Shown piece after piece: positions 18,899-28,717 of a DNA stretch of 64,000 bases. The DNA is from Candidatus Poribacteria bacterium. Lineage in GTDB: Bacteria > Poribacteria > WGA-4E > WGA-3G. The number at the start of each line of letters is the position of its first letter. The stretch's first letter is position 1. The notes under the pieces are model-generated. The model did not search any database and was not told where the DNA came from. It was given only the letters and a program-made list of their open reading frames with translations. The translations under genes and the position numbers were made by a program. Location of the stretch: positions 352,001-416,000 of the forward strand of contig CBDANF010000002.1 of assembly GCA_965197475.1 (NCBI GenBank), written 5' to 3'.

Positions 18899-20392
18899 AT
18901 GAAACTATCAAAATTTTTCTGGCTATCTGTTCTATTGTTTATTATTTCATACCCTATTTGCGAAGCTGTAGAGATTGAGGAAGGGGAATTCGAGAAAATG
19001 CTAAAACATCCACAAGAACATTGGTATGACTTGGCAATGATGGGAATGAAAATTGGACACATGCACATATATCTCGAAAAAGCCGAGTATCAAGGGGAGG
19101 AAATGCTTCGGAGTAGAACAGATATGGTGATGCAACTTAAGGGGTTTGGTAAAAAAATGAAAATTGAGATAAACCGAATTGAGTACTCGGATTCCAATTT
19201 TATACCTCGTTATTTTGTGTCAACTTCTAATGAATCAGGACTGAAGCAAGTTGAGGGAAAAATTAAAGATGGTGTTGCATACATCACGACAACACTAAAT
19301 GGTGAAACAACCGAATCAGAAGTTGCTGTCCCTGATGATACGATCTCCGATACCGTAGCAGTAACCTATCTGTTATCTAAAGACCGAATGAAAATTGGAG
19401 AAAAACTTGACTATCGCACGTTCAGTTTTGACTTTTTTCAACCCATCAAAACAGAACTCAGCGTTGTAGAGGAAGCGAGTTTAACATATCAATCTGAAGA
19501 AAAACCTGTCTATATCCTTGAACAAAAGCTATACATTATGGGCGGTATTAACGCACGTTTGTGGGTTACCCGTGACGGCACAACCTACAAATCTGCGACA
19601 GATATGATGGGGCTATCTATGGTAGCAACTAAAACAGATAGAGAAACAGCCCTTGGTGCAGCAGAAGAAGTTGATATTATGTTGGGAACTCGCATTATCC
19701 CTACAGGCAAAAAACCTAAACGGGGCGCATCACAGTTTGTAGCAAATGTACAACTCTCAAAAGGCAGCCTCAATGAAGCTATCATGACGAACAGCCGCCA
19801 GAACCTTGAGTTGAATTCAGAGCGATCTGGAACACTTTCTATTAAGATGCCAAAAGTTGATGAGAAAAATTGTGCAGAACTACCGATCCAGGATACAGAA
19901 CTTCAGACCTTTCTTTCGCCAACTGTATATGTTGAGGCAAACCATCCGGACATACGCGCAAAAGCAGTGGAAATCTTGGATGGCGAAAACAATTCTTGGC
20001 AAGCAGCAAAAAAATTATGCAGATGGGTGTACAAATCCATCACCGAAAAAAATTTAAGCGGCGGCTTTAGTTCATCACTGACAACCCTTGAATCGCTTTC
20101 CGGTGATTGCACAGAACACACCGTCCTGCTGCTAGCAATGGCGCGTTCGGTCGGAATTCCCGCACGAATCTGTGCAGGATTAATTTATTCTGGAAATGCG
20201 TTTTATTACCATTTTTGGCCAGAAGTATATGTTGGAACATGGGTGCAAATGGATCCTACATTAGGGCAGATCATCGCCGACGCTAATCACATTCAACTTC
20301 AAGGAAACACCCTTGAATCTGCAACGATGACTGAATTCACAGAAGGGGTTTTCCGTACTCTCAATCAACTTGAAATTGCTATTGTTGAATGA
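18899..20392 (+). CDS. Exported transglutaminase-like domain protein
   Basis: Signal peptide; GDCTEH, GIPAR, HFWPEVY, MDPT catalytic triad motifs. Confidence 0.88.
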   Translation: MKLSKFFWLSVLLFIISYPICEAVEIEEGEFEKMLKHPQEHWYDLAMMGMKIGHMHIYLEKAEYQGEEMLRSRTDMVMQLKGFGKKMKIEINRIEYSDSNFIPRYFVSTSNESGLKQVEGKIKDGVAYITTTLNGETTESEVAVPDDTISDTVAVTYLLSKDRMKIGEKLDYRTFSFDFFQPIKTELSVVEEASLTYQSEEKPVYILEQKLYIMGGINARLWVTRDGTTYKSATDMMGLSMVATKTDRETALGAAEEVDIMLGTRIIPTGKKPKRGASQFVANVQLSKGSLNEAIMTNSRQNLELNSERSGTLSIKMPKVDEKNCAELPIQDTELQTFLSPTVYVEANHPDIRAKAVEILDGENNSWQAAKKLCRWVYKSITEKNLSGGFSSSLTTLESLSGDCTEHTVLLLAMARSVGIPARICAGLIYSGNAFYYHFWPEVYVGTWVQMDPTLGQIIADANHIQLQGNTLESATMTEFTEGVFRTLNQLEIAIVE

Positions 20393-20422
20393 GGAATTCA
20401 AGGTTTTAAAAGAAAATAACTT

Positions 20423-20516
20423 GGCTCATGTAAAGAATGAGTGCTAATGAAAAAGTTAAACCCGCGTGGCCACTGCGTTTATTGAAAACAACAGCACACA
20501 CTTTATACATGAGCGA
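20423..20516. mobile_element. MITE family A, copy 2 (inverted, intergenic)
   Basis: ggctcatgtaaa...tatacatgagcga; 7-bp duplication ATAACTT at 20416-20422 and 20517-20523. Confidence 0.88.
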
Positions 20517-20558
20517 ATAACTTTTATAGGTGATTCCTATAACAGGAGCAGATGACGA

Positions 20559-22637
20559 TTGGCTTTTCTCAACCCACTTTTCCTCTTTGGCTTATTCGCT
20601 GCTGCGATTCCACTGGTTATCCATCTTTGGAGCCGCCGTCAAGCGGTGGCTGTAGATTTTAGTAGCTTGATGTTCCTTGTTGCAGCACATCGTCAAATTG
20701 TTCGTCGGATCCAACTCAAACAACTTCTGATTCTGTTATTAAGGATGTTAATCGTCGCGCTTATTGCGCTCGCTTTGGCGCGCCCCTTCCTCACACTCGG
20801 TCTTCCACTTGCAGCTGTGCGGACCAAAACTGACGTGGTAATCGTTTTAGACAATTCCTATAGCATGGCATATCAAGACGTTGATGGGGTGTGGTTTGAC
20901 AAAGCGAAAACCTTGGCAACTGATGTGCTCCGCTCACTTCGGCATGGTGATTCCGCCGCCCTCATTTTAATGTCGGATATTCCCAAACCTGCCTTTCGGC
21001 AACTTACACCTGACATTGACATTGTGAGAAAAACAATTCGAGATACAGAGGTGTCTTATCGAGGTACAAACGTGCAACCGAGCATTGAACTTGCACACGA
21101 AATTCTTTCTGAGTCAACCCAACAAAATAAAGAATTGTATCTAATTTCAGATTTTGCCGAGAACGGATGGGACAACTGGGGAGTGATTCCGAATCGATCT
21201 GGGGCACGGATTGTTTTACTTCCTGTAAACAAAAGAAACCCACATAATACAAACATTGAAGAAATATTACCATCTCATCAACTAATTGGTGTTGATTTAC
21301 CGTTCCACTTAAATGTTACTGTAAAAAATCATTCCGATGCCGCTCTTGCGCAAACCACGCTTACGTTTTTTGTGGGGGACCAGAAAAAACAAACGCAAAC
21401 CTTTTCTGCTGATGCTGATGAATCGATTATGACGACTCTAACGCATACTTTTGCAGCACCTGGTGCACATACTGGCTATTTTGAGTTGACTTCTGATCGC
21501 TTGAATATGGATAATCGCCGGTACTTTGCACTTGAAGCACTCGGAGAAATTAGGGTGCTTTGCGTTGGTGAGCACACAGAATACCTCAGACTGGTACTGA
21601 ATCCATTGGTAAACAAGCAAACTGCGGGTGTGCCACTTCAGGCATCTATGATACAGCCGACATCTTGTACTCCCACGGAATTTGAGACATTTCCACTTCA
21701 AGAATATGACGTTATCGTCCTTGCAGATTTAGCTTCGATTTCTACGACTGCCCAAACGCAGTTAAGTGAGTTTATCCGACAAGGCAAAAGTATAATCGCT
21801 TTTGCCGCTGACTCAAACAATCTTTCATGGGCACCAGCCCAATTCGGTCAACCCATAATATGGCAGATTCCACAGCAGGTCAGTGAATATGAGGAGACGC
21901 ATCCTATTTTTGACATCTTTCCGGAGAACGTTTTTTCTGGTCAATACGGACCGCGATTTTACCAAGGCATGACAGTCACTCCAACGCCAGATGCAACCGT
22001 TATTGCACGTTTCGGGGATGAGACACCTTTTCTGATAGAACGACGCGAAGGGAAAAGTCATCTTCTATTCTTTAACTCAGGTCTTCACCAACAAACGGGA
22101 AACAACGAATTACTTGTAAATCCTTATTTTTTGCCACTCTTGCAAAATACAGTGCTGTATGCAATTCACTCTGCCACTCAGAAAAACATCAATATTGGCG
22201 AATCCTATACTGCAAGCTATCCCCGAAGTTCTGGGGCACCAGCTTGGGTCAAACGACTTGAATCGCCAGATGAAGATACCATGACAGCTGTGCCGATTAA
22301 TGAAGACGGTGCTATCCGTTTTGAGGCTACAGAACGCCCCGGTATTTATCAAGTAGAAGTAAAAGCACAAGATAGACTATTTAGAGATTTTTTTGCAGTT
22401 AACACCCCAACATCTGAAGCGAATTTAGCACCGATTTCACTACAGCAGGCATCTGATAGAGTTAATGCACAAGCCGGATCCACAAATGAGACCGGAGAAT
22501 TAGATACCGAAGCATTAGACATCAAAAGACACGGCAGGGAAATCTGGGGCGAATTGCTTATTTTAGCTGTATGTCTTTTGCTTCTTGAAGGTTTTCTTTC
22601 TAACCGTGAAAGCACATTAACTGCAGGTGAAGCATAA
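20559..22637 (+). CDS. BatA-like N-terminal + vWA domain membrane protein
   Basis: FLNPLFL...IPLVIHL, LARP, DNSYSM (MIDAS), LISDF; TTG start. Confidence 0.88.
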   Translation: MAFLNPLFLFGLFAAAIPLVIHLWSRRQAVAVDFSSLMFLVAAHRQIVRRIQLKQLLILLLRMLIVALIALALARPFLTLGLPLAAVRTKTDVVIVLDNSYSMAYQDVDGVWFDKAKTLATDVLRSLRHGDSAALILMSDIPKPAFRQLTPDIDIVRKTIRDTEVSYRGTNVQPSIELAHEILSESTQQNKELYLISDFAENGWDNWGVIPNRSGARIVLLPVNKRNPHNTNIEEILPSHQLIGVDLPFHLNVTVKNHSDAALAQTTLTFFVGDQKKQTQTFSADADESIMTTLTHTFAAPGAHTGYFELTSDRLNMDNRRYFALEALGEIRVLCVGEHTEYLRLVLNPLVNKQTAGVPLQASMIQPTSCTPTEFETFPLQEYDVIVLADLASISTTAQTQLSEFIRQGKSIIAFAADSNNLSWAPAQFGQPIIWQIPQQVSEYEETHPIFDIFPENVFSGQYGPRFYQGMTVTPTPDATVIARFGDETPFLIERREGKSHLLFFNSGLHQQTGNNELLVNPYFLPLLQNTVLYAIHSATQKNINIGESYTASYPRSSGAPAWVKRLESPDEDTMTAVPINEDGAIRFEATERPGIYQVEVKAQDRLFRDFFAVNTPTSEANLAPISLQQASDRVNAQAGSTNETGELDTEALDIKRHGREIWGELLILAVCLLLLEGFLSNRESTLTAGEA

Positions 22638-24604
22638 TGGAAGATATTAACGGAACGTCCCATTTTCGCTGTACTCTTCTCCTTTATGTGCGTCATCTTA
22701 TAATCTGTGTATACCGTAGTTTTTTGTATTTTGTAGTGTTGTTCTCCCTCAACTCACAATCTGTGTTTGCAGACCAAGCGAACATTGTCCGTAGTGTTTT
22801 TACAAAAGGAAATCAATCATTTTCCCAAAAACAGATTCTCAGCCTGATACAAACAGAAGAAGGACAACCTTATGATGCTGACGTGTTGAAAAAAGATGCT
22901 GAAAAGATTTCTCGTTTTTTTCGCAACAATGGTATCACTTATGCAAGAGTGACTGAAAAACCGATAAAACTTGACGATGGGATTTATATCGGAATTGAAA
23001 TTGATGAAGGGAAAATCGGAAAAATTACGTTATCTGGTAATACGAAAACCAAAGATAATGTGATCTTACGTGAACTACTGTTTCAAGAAGGTGATATCTA
23101 CACAGAAGCAGATAAAACAGAAAGCGAACGGATATTAAGACAGAAGACTTATATCGGCGCAGCAAAGATTGAGCCGCAGTGGAATGCGGAATTGGAAAGG
23201 GTAGCAATCCAGGTCAGTATTACAGAGTTTTTCGCATTTCCAGGGGCAATTGACCCAGGACTGACCAACCAAAGTAGATATCGTCTCGTCCAATTGACGC
23301 AGCCAAATCTATTTGGATCAGGTCAAAGCGGACAAATAAGATATGAACGGATTAGTGAAGTGGGAGAAAAAACTCGCGGTTTTCTGACATTGAAATATCA
23401 GATGCCTCGGTTGGTTGATTCCCACTGGAACTTTGATGGTGAATATATCCAAAAGCGCGAAGGTGATTCATGGAGTGTGTTATTAGAACGACCACAGTAT
23501 ACTTTAAAAAGCCGTTGGAGTGCAGGTTTCAGTATCTCTGAATTGATTAATCAGGTACGTTGGTATGAAAACGGCATAAAAACCGATACGTTTGAACAAA
23601 CGTTCCATAGGACATCCGGAAATATACGTCAGTACTTTGGAGATCGCCATCAACAAAACTATATCGGGGTCTGGTCAGACTTCGTACGTTCAAAATACTT
23701 ACCAATTGAATCGATCGTCGTATCAGATGCGGCACCTTTAAATCGTAACATAAAACGGGTAGGTATTACCGTTGGCAGGAAAAAGGTTGATTTTCATCAA
23801 ACCCGTTTTCTCAGAGGGATGGGTGCAGATGAGGATTTTTTCACCGGTTCTCAATACAGTGCTTCACTCGGATATTCCTCACCTTTATTCGGAGCGGACC
23901 GTGCTGAATCTTACGCAATGCTCGTCTATAATTCCGGATGGGCTCGTCATAATCGTTTTTTCGGTACGTCGTTAATCGCATTCGCCACAACCTTCACAGA
24001 TGAGATTGAACGGTCTGTTCTTCAAGCACGAAGCTCGTGGTTTTGCCGCGATGTATTCAAAACGGGCGACATCTACAGGGTCGATACAGGATTTCGTAAG
24101 AATGGTTTATTCGATTTTCAACAAACATTTGTTGCACAATTTAAAACGGAGCTGCAGTTTGGGTGGCGCGGTGAAAGTCAAGTCACTCTTGGATTTGACA
24201 ACGGTTTGCGCGGTTATAGATACCGTCAGTTTAACGGTGAAAATATGACGTTGCTAACTTTAGAAAGCCGCACACTATGTGGTGGCACGTTTTTTGGAAA
24301 AATTAACGATGGTCTTACAAATGTAGTGACTTTCGTACTTAAGCCTTTTGTTAAAAACCGCACTGTTGACCCGGGGCTTGTTTTAAGTGCAATTGCTTTT
24401 GCGGATATAGGGTACATCTGGGACAACTATAACACATTCGCGATTAATAAACCTAAAAGGAGTTTAGGGTTTGGCTTACGCGGCAGTCTTTCTCGAGTAA
24501 GCAATACAGGTATTGGTCGCATTGAGCTAGCCTTTCCGCTTGATCCCCCTTTCCCATACTCATCAAAACCACAGATTTTTTTCGGTATTGAGCGAGCCTT
24601 CTAA
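22637..24604 (+). CDS. Omp85/BamA-TamA family outer-membrane protein with POTRA domains
   Basis: GNTKTKDNVILREL POTRA, LRGY motif, C-terminal Phe. Confidence 0.8.
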   Translation: MEDINGTSHFRCTLLLYVRHLIICVYRSFLYFVVLFSLNSQSVFADQANIVRSVFTKGNQSFSQKQILSLIQTEEGQPYDADVLKKDAEKISRFFRNNGITYARVTEKPIKLDDGIYIGIEIDEGKIGKITLSGNTKTKDNVILRELLFQEGDIYTEADKTESERILRQKTYIGAAKIEPQWNAELERVAIQVSITEFFAFPGAIDPGLTNQSRYRLVQLTQPNLFGSGQSGQIRYERISEVGEKTRGFLTLKYQMPRLVDSHWNFDGEYIQKREGDSWSVLLERPQYTLKSRWSAGFSISELINQVRWYENGIKTDTFEQTFHRTSGNIRQYFGDRHQQNYIGVWSDFVRSKYLPIESIVVSDAAPLNRNIKRVGITVGRKKVDFHQTRFLRGMGADEDFFTGSQYSASLGYSSPLFGADRAESYAMLVYNSGWARHNRFFGTSLIAFATTFTDEIERSVLQARSSWFCRDVFKTGDIYRVDTGFRKNGLFDFQQTFVAQFKTELQFGWRGESQVTLGFDNGLRGYRYRQFNGENMTLLTLESRTLCGGTFFGKINDGLTNVVTFVLKPFVKNRTVDPGLVLSAIAFADIGYIWDNYNTFAINKPKRSLGFGLRGSLSRVSNTGIGRIELAFPLDPPFPYSSKPQIFFGIERAF

Positions 24605-24624
24605 TCATAAACAAATATATAAAT

Positions 24625-26532
24625 ATGGATAAACCGCCGCGCTTATCAACGGAAAATATCACATGGCGAGCCATAACTATAGGACTGCTGTCGCTTCCAC
24701 TTAATATCTACCTTGTTGTTCAAACAGAGACGGTCTGGACAACGCAATACCCCACCACGATGGCGATCTTTTTCAACGCCGTTTTTACGCTTTTTGTGGT
24801 TGCAATCTGCAACCTTTTTCTTACACGATACCTCCCAAAATGGCAACTCACACAAGCAGAAATGCTGACGATATATCTCATGGTAACGCTTGCATGTGTT
24901 GTCTGCGGGCATGATCTATTGCAGGCAACGATGTGCGTCCTTGGGCACGCCAGTTGGTTCGCTACACCAGAGAATGAATGGCAATCCCTTTTCTTCCGAT
25001 ACATACCTGACTGGATTGCTGTGACGGATCGCCGCGCCCTAACAGGTTATTACGAAGGCACATCTAACCTGTTTGAAATGGAACATATTCGTGCATGGAT
25101 TACCCCTGCTTTGTTTTGGTTGATCTTCTTTTCTGCGCTCACTTTTTCAATGATTATGCTCAGTGCAATTCTACGCAAACAGTGGATTGAACATGAAAAG
25201 TTGAGTTACCCGATTATATTACTCCCTTATGAAATGACGAAAGGACGTGCTTTCTACCGTAATCGACTCCTCTGGATCGGTTTCGGCATTGGATTAGGAC
25301 TTGACCTGCTGAACGGGGTAAATTATCTTTTTCCTTTTGTTCCAAGCATCCCTATCCGTCATGATATTGGTCGGATGTTCACAGAAAAACCCTTTAACGC
25401 TATCGGTTCAACCCCGATCTACCTGAACCCTTACGCCATAGGAATTGGTTTTTTAATGCCGCTTGATTTATCGTTATCCTGCTGGGTATTCTATCTGTTC
25501 TGGAAGGTGCAACTCATTTTTGGATCTATGTCAGGATTGAATCAGACACCCGGTTACCCACACATTGATAAGCAGTCGCTGGGTGCATACTTCGGACTAT
25601 GCTTCTTTGCCCTCTGGATAACACATAAGCATTTATGGAACGTATTGCGTAACATTCTGGGTTTGAAAACCGCTCTTGACACGAAAAATGAGCCGATAGG
25701 CTATCGCAGCGCGTTTTTCGGATTTCTGATTAGTATTGCTGTTGTATTTGGTTTTTGCCTGAAGGCGGGCATGTCGTGGTGGGGAATCCTTGGATTCTTC
25801 AGCATCCATTTCATATTGGTTTTAGCATTCACGCGGATGCGAGCTGAACTTGGAACACCGACACAGGATTTCTATCGTGCGGGTCCCAGTTTTTTCCTCA
25901 CTTCACTCTTTGGATCAAGAAAGATTGGGGCACAGACGTTAACAGGGTTCGCTTTCCTATACGGTTTCACCCGCAACTACCGTTCACAACCGATGCCGAA
26001 TCAACTGGAAGGTTTCAAACTCGCCGACAAAGGTGCAATCAACAGCCGGCAACTGCTTTGGGTAATGTGGGGATCATCGGTTATTGGGCTACTCATCGGT
26101 TTTGTTGCTTTCCTACATGCCGGTTATCTACACGGAAGTTTGGGAACATGGCGGGGACAAGAGGCATTTAATGATCTGCAACGCTGGTTGACATTTCCAA
26201 GTGATACTGAATGGAGACAACTCGGTTTCTTTGGCTTCGGAATTGTTCTCACACTCAGCACACTTTTCATGCGGTTACGTTTTATTTGGTGGCAACTGCA
26301 CCCGCTTGCCTACCCACTTGCTGGCAATTGGAACTTCGGCAGGCTTTGGTTTCCCGTTTTTCTGGCGTGGGGAATTAAATCCCTACTTGTGCGACACGGC
26401 GGAATTGGCGCGTATCGTAAGGCTCTCCCGCTATTTTTTGGCGCAATGCTGGGCGAGTTTGTGATGGGCAGTCTATGGGCTATTTTGGGTTTATCTTTAG
26501 GACAACGGATGTACTCGTTCAAGCATTGGTAA
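24625..26532 (+). CDS. Polytopic membrane protein (DUF6785/DUF6784, OPT-like)
   Basis: RKQWIEHEKLSYP, RMRAELG, WWQLHPLAY, YRKALPLFFG. Confidence 0.7.
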   Translation: MDKPPRLSTENITWRAITIGLLSLPLNIYLVVQTETVWTTQYPTTMAIFFNAVFTLFVVAICNLFLTRYLPKWQLTQAEMLTIYLMVTLACVVCGHDLLQATMCVLGHASWFATPENEWQSLFFRYIPDWIAVTDRRALTGYYEGTSNLFEMEHIRAWITPALFWLIFFSALTFSMIMLSAILRKQWIEHEKLSYPIILLPYEMTKGRAFYRNRLLWIGFGIGLGLDLLNGVNYLFPFVPSIPIRHDIGRMFTEKPFNAIGSTPIYLNPYAIGIGFLMPLDLSLSCWVFYLFWKVQLIFGSMSGLNQTPGYPHIDKQSLGAYFGLCFFALWITHKHLWNVLRNILGLKTALDTKNEPIGYRSAFFGFLISIAVVFGFCLKAGMSWWGILGFFSIHFILVLAFTRMRAELGTPTQDFYRAGPSFFLTSLFGSRKIGAQTLTGFAFLYGFTRNYRSQPMPNQLEGFKLADKGAINSRQLLWVMWGSSVIGLLIGFVAFLHAGYLHGSLGTWRGQEAFNDLQRWLTFPSDTEWRQLGFFGFGIVLTLSTLFMRLRFIWWQLHPLAYPLAGNWNFGRLWFPVFLAWGIKSLLVRHGGIGAYRKALPLFFGAMLGEFVMGSLWAILGLSLGQRMYSFKHW

Positions 26533-26606
26533 AATGTCAATATCTCTTGAGAACCCTACTTGAATAGCGCGTAAATTGTCCTAACTTTTGTAAATCATAA
26601 AGATAT

Positions 26607-26790
26607 CTATTTATAGGCTTCTGCTTGCATGTGAAGGAGATTCACGTATGTTCCAGTTTTCGCAATGAGTTCCTGAAGAATTCCCTGTTCTATAATTTTA
26701 CCTTCTTTCTTTATACAATAGATAGCGTTTGCAAGCAATTGGATTCGCTCATAATCCTAAAACCGTACGTTTCTCCTCAAATATCCGTAC
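26607..26790 (-). pseudogene. Decayed C-terminal fragment of an ABC ATPase
   Basis: Minus strand reads KEGKIIEQGILQELIAKTGTYVNLLHMQAEAYK*; upstream frame broken; left boundary is the stop, right boundary approximate. Confidence 0.55.
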
Positions 26791-26908
26791 GGAAGAATTT
26801 CAAGAACGCGACAGATGTAATACCATTTCTTGTATATATTTATCCTTTTAAAAGTTTTCAATTTCTGCTATACTTTTTCCAATTATACAAATCATAGGAT
26901 TGATACCA

Positions 26909-27570
26909 ATGCACATAAAGCCTCCAGAGATTACAGAAAGTGTTTCAGAGTTGAAAAGGCTGTTGAGAAAGACATCAGTAGGTTATCAAAAGCAAAGATT
27001 GACAGCCCTTTACCTATTTCGTAGTGGTCAAGCAATAACTCGCAAGCAAGTCGCTGAGAGGTTAGGTGTCAGCCGAAAAACGATTGGACACTGGATAGTG
27101 ACTTATGAGACTGAAGGACTTGATGCGCTTTTGGATCGTGATTATTCCCCGGGCATCCCCCTCGGTTATCCAAAGAACAACAAGAGCTGCTGCGAGCGGA
27201 ACTTCAAAAACCAGAAGGTTTTTCCAGTTATCAACAGATAACAGATTATATTGAAGAAACCTTCGGTGTCCAAATGCACTATAAAACAGTTCATGCGTTA
27301 GTTCGGTATAAATGGAATGCGAAACTCAAAGTGCCTCGCAAAAGTCATAAAAAAAAACGATGTAGCGTGTGATGCGTTCGTTGCTAACTTCGCTACCAAA
27401 GTTGAGGAGGTGATTTCGGAGAAGGCATCTTCTTTTCAAAGCGTCCGACTTTTTTGCCAAGACGAGTCAAGGTGTGGTCTTTTGCCTGTGTCGTCTCGGC
27501 GTCCCACCTTACGCGGTGTTAAACCGATTGCCAATGTTGATCACACTTACCAGAGCCTTTATCTATTTTC
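26909..27570 (+). mobile_element. Truncated IS630-family transposase remnant
   Basis: HTH, then winged helix ending LKVPRKSHKK, A9 slippery run 27349-27357, then FCQDESRCGL (first D of DDE); extra frameshift near 27151; cut off after YQSLYLF. Confidence 0.85.
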
Positions 27571-28641
27571 AAGATGTTGGAATATTTCCTCTATTTGGGT
27601 TTTGAGTGCCACATCACCATTTTGTTCTGCAAGTTGTAATGCGATTTGGAAATCCATTTTTGCTTCCGAATAAAGATTTAGGAAAAACTTGGCAGTTCCT
27701 CTATTGAAATATGGAAGTGCAAAATCAGATTTTATTGCTATTGCTTGGTCAAAATCACAAATAGCTTCAGCGTGAAGATTTAACTTTGCTTTTGATATTC
27801 CTCGACCAAGGTAGGCTACTTCATAATCAGATTTTATTGCTATTGCTTGGTCAAAATCACAAATAGCCGAAGAATATTGACCTTGTTTGTCCTTTGTATC
27901 TCCACGATTATAGTAGGCATGGTAATCGTCAGGATTAAAATTTATGACTTTGTTGAAATCAGAAATGGCGGCAGAATATTCTCCAAGGTCAGCATGAGCA
28001 GTCCCTCGGTTTAAATATGCATCAACGTAGTCATGTTTTATTTCTATTGCCTTATCAAAATCAACAATGGCAGCAGTATAACGTCCTTGTTGGCATTTCA
28101 TAAGTCCTTGGTTATGGTGGCTTAAGGCATCATCTGGGATATTCTGAGATGCGAAATCCAGACACATTTCCTCAATCTTGGCTTTAAGTGTATCGTCACC
28201 AGTCTGTTCTGCCGTCCTCAATGCCTCTTGGAAGTCATGATTAGATGAAGACAACTGTCCTAAATTCCTCTTAGCAATACCTCTATTTGCGTATGCCTCA
28301 GCAAGATCTGGTTCAAGATTGATTGCTTCATTATAATCAGCAATAGCGGCAGTATGTTGTCCCAGCTTATCTTTTGCTAGTCCGCGATTACTATAGACCA
28401 TTGCGTGATCTGGTTTTAATCGGATTACCTCGTCATAGTCAGCAATTGCAGCATTATATTGTTCCATGTGTTGATAAATAAGTCCACGAAGAACATAAGC
28501 ATTTACTAAAGTTGGATCCAACTTAATTGCTTTGGTATAGGCTGCAATAGCACCATCAAAATCGCCTTGTTTATGTTTCATATATCCAAAATCGAGGTGG
28601 GTTTCGGAAGAGGTAGATGCTTTCCTGTTTTGATGTGTCAT
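27559..28641 (-). CDS. TPR protein with two duplicated TPR blocks
   Basis: Repeated AY.NRG.AK..LGQY..AI.DFD.AI motifs. Confidence 0.92.
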   Translation of the reverse strand: MTHQNRKASTSSETHLDFGYMKHKQGDFDGAIAAYTKAIKLDPTLVNAYVLRGLIYQHMEQYNAAIADYDEVIRLKPDHAMVYSNRGLAKDKLGQHTAAIADYNEAINLEPDLAEAYANRGIAKRNLGQLSSSNHDFQEALRTAEQTGDDTLKAKIEEMCLDFASQNIPDDALSHHNQGLMKCQQGRYTAAIVDFDKAIEIKHDYVDAYLNRGTAHADLGEYSAAISDFNKVINFNPDDYHAYYNRGDTKDKQGQYSSAICDFDQAIAIKSDYEVAYLGRGISKAKLNLHAEAICDFDQAIAIKSDFALPYFNRGTAKFFLNLYSEAKMDFQIALQLAEQNGDVALKTQIEEIFQHLENR

Positions 28642-28717
28642 AAAAACTCCTATTTTTACATACTTCTCAATAATTGCACAAAATTAATTTGTATAAAAGA
28701 AATGGTATAACTCTATA

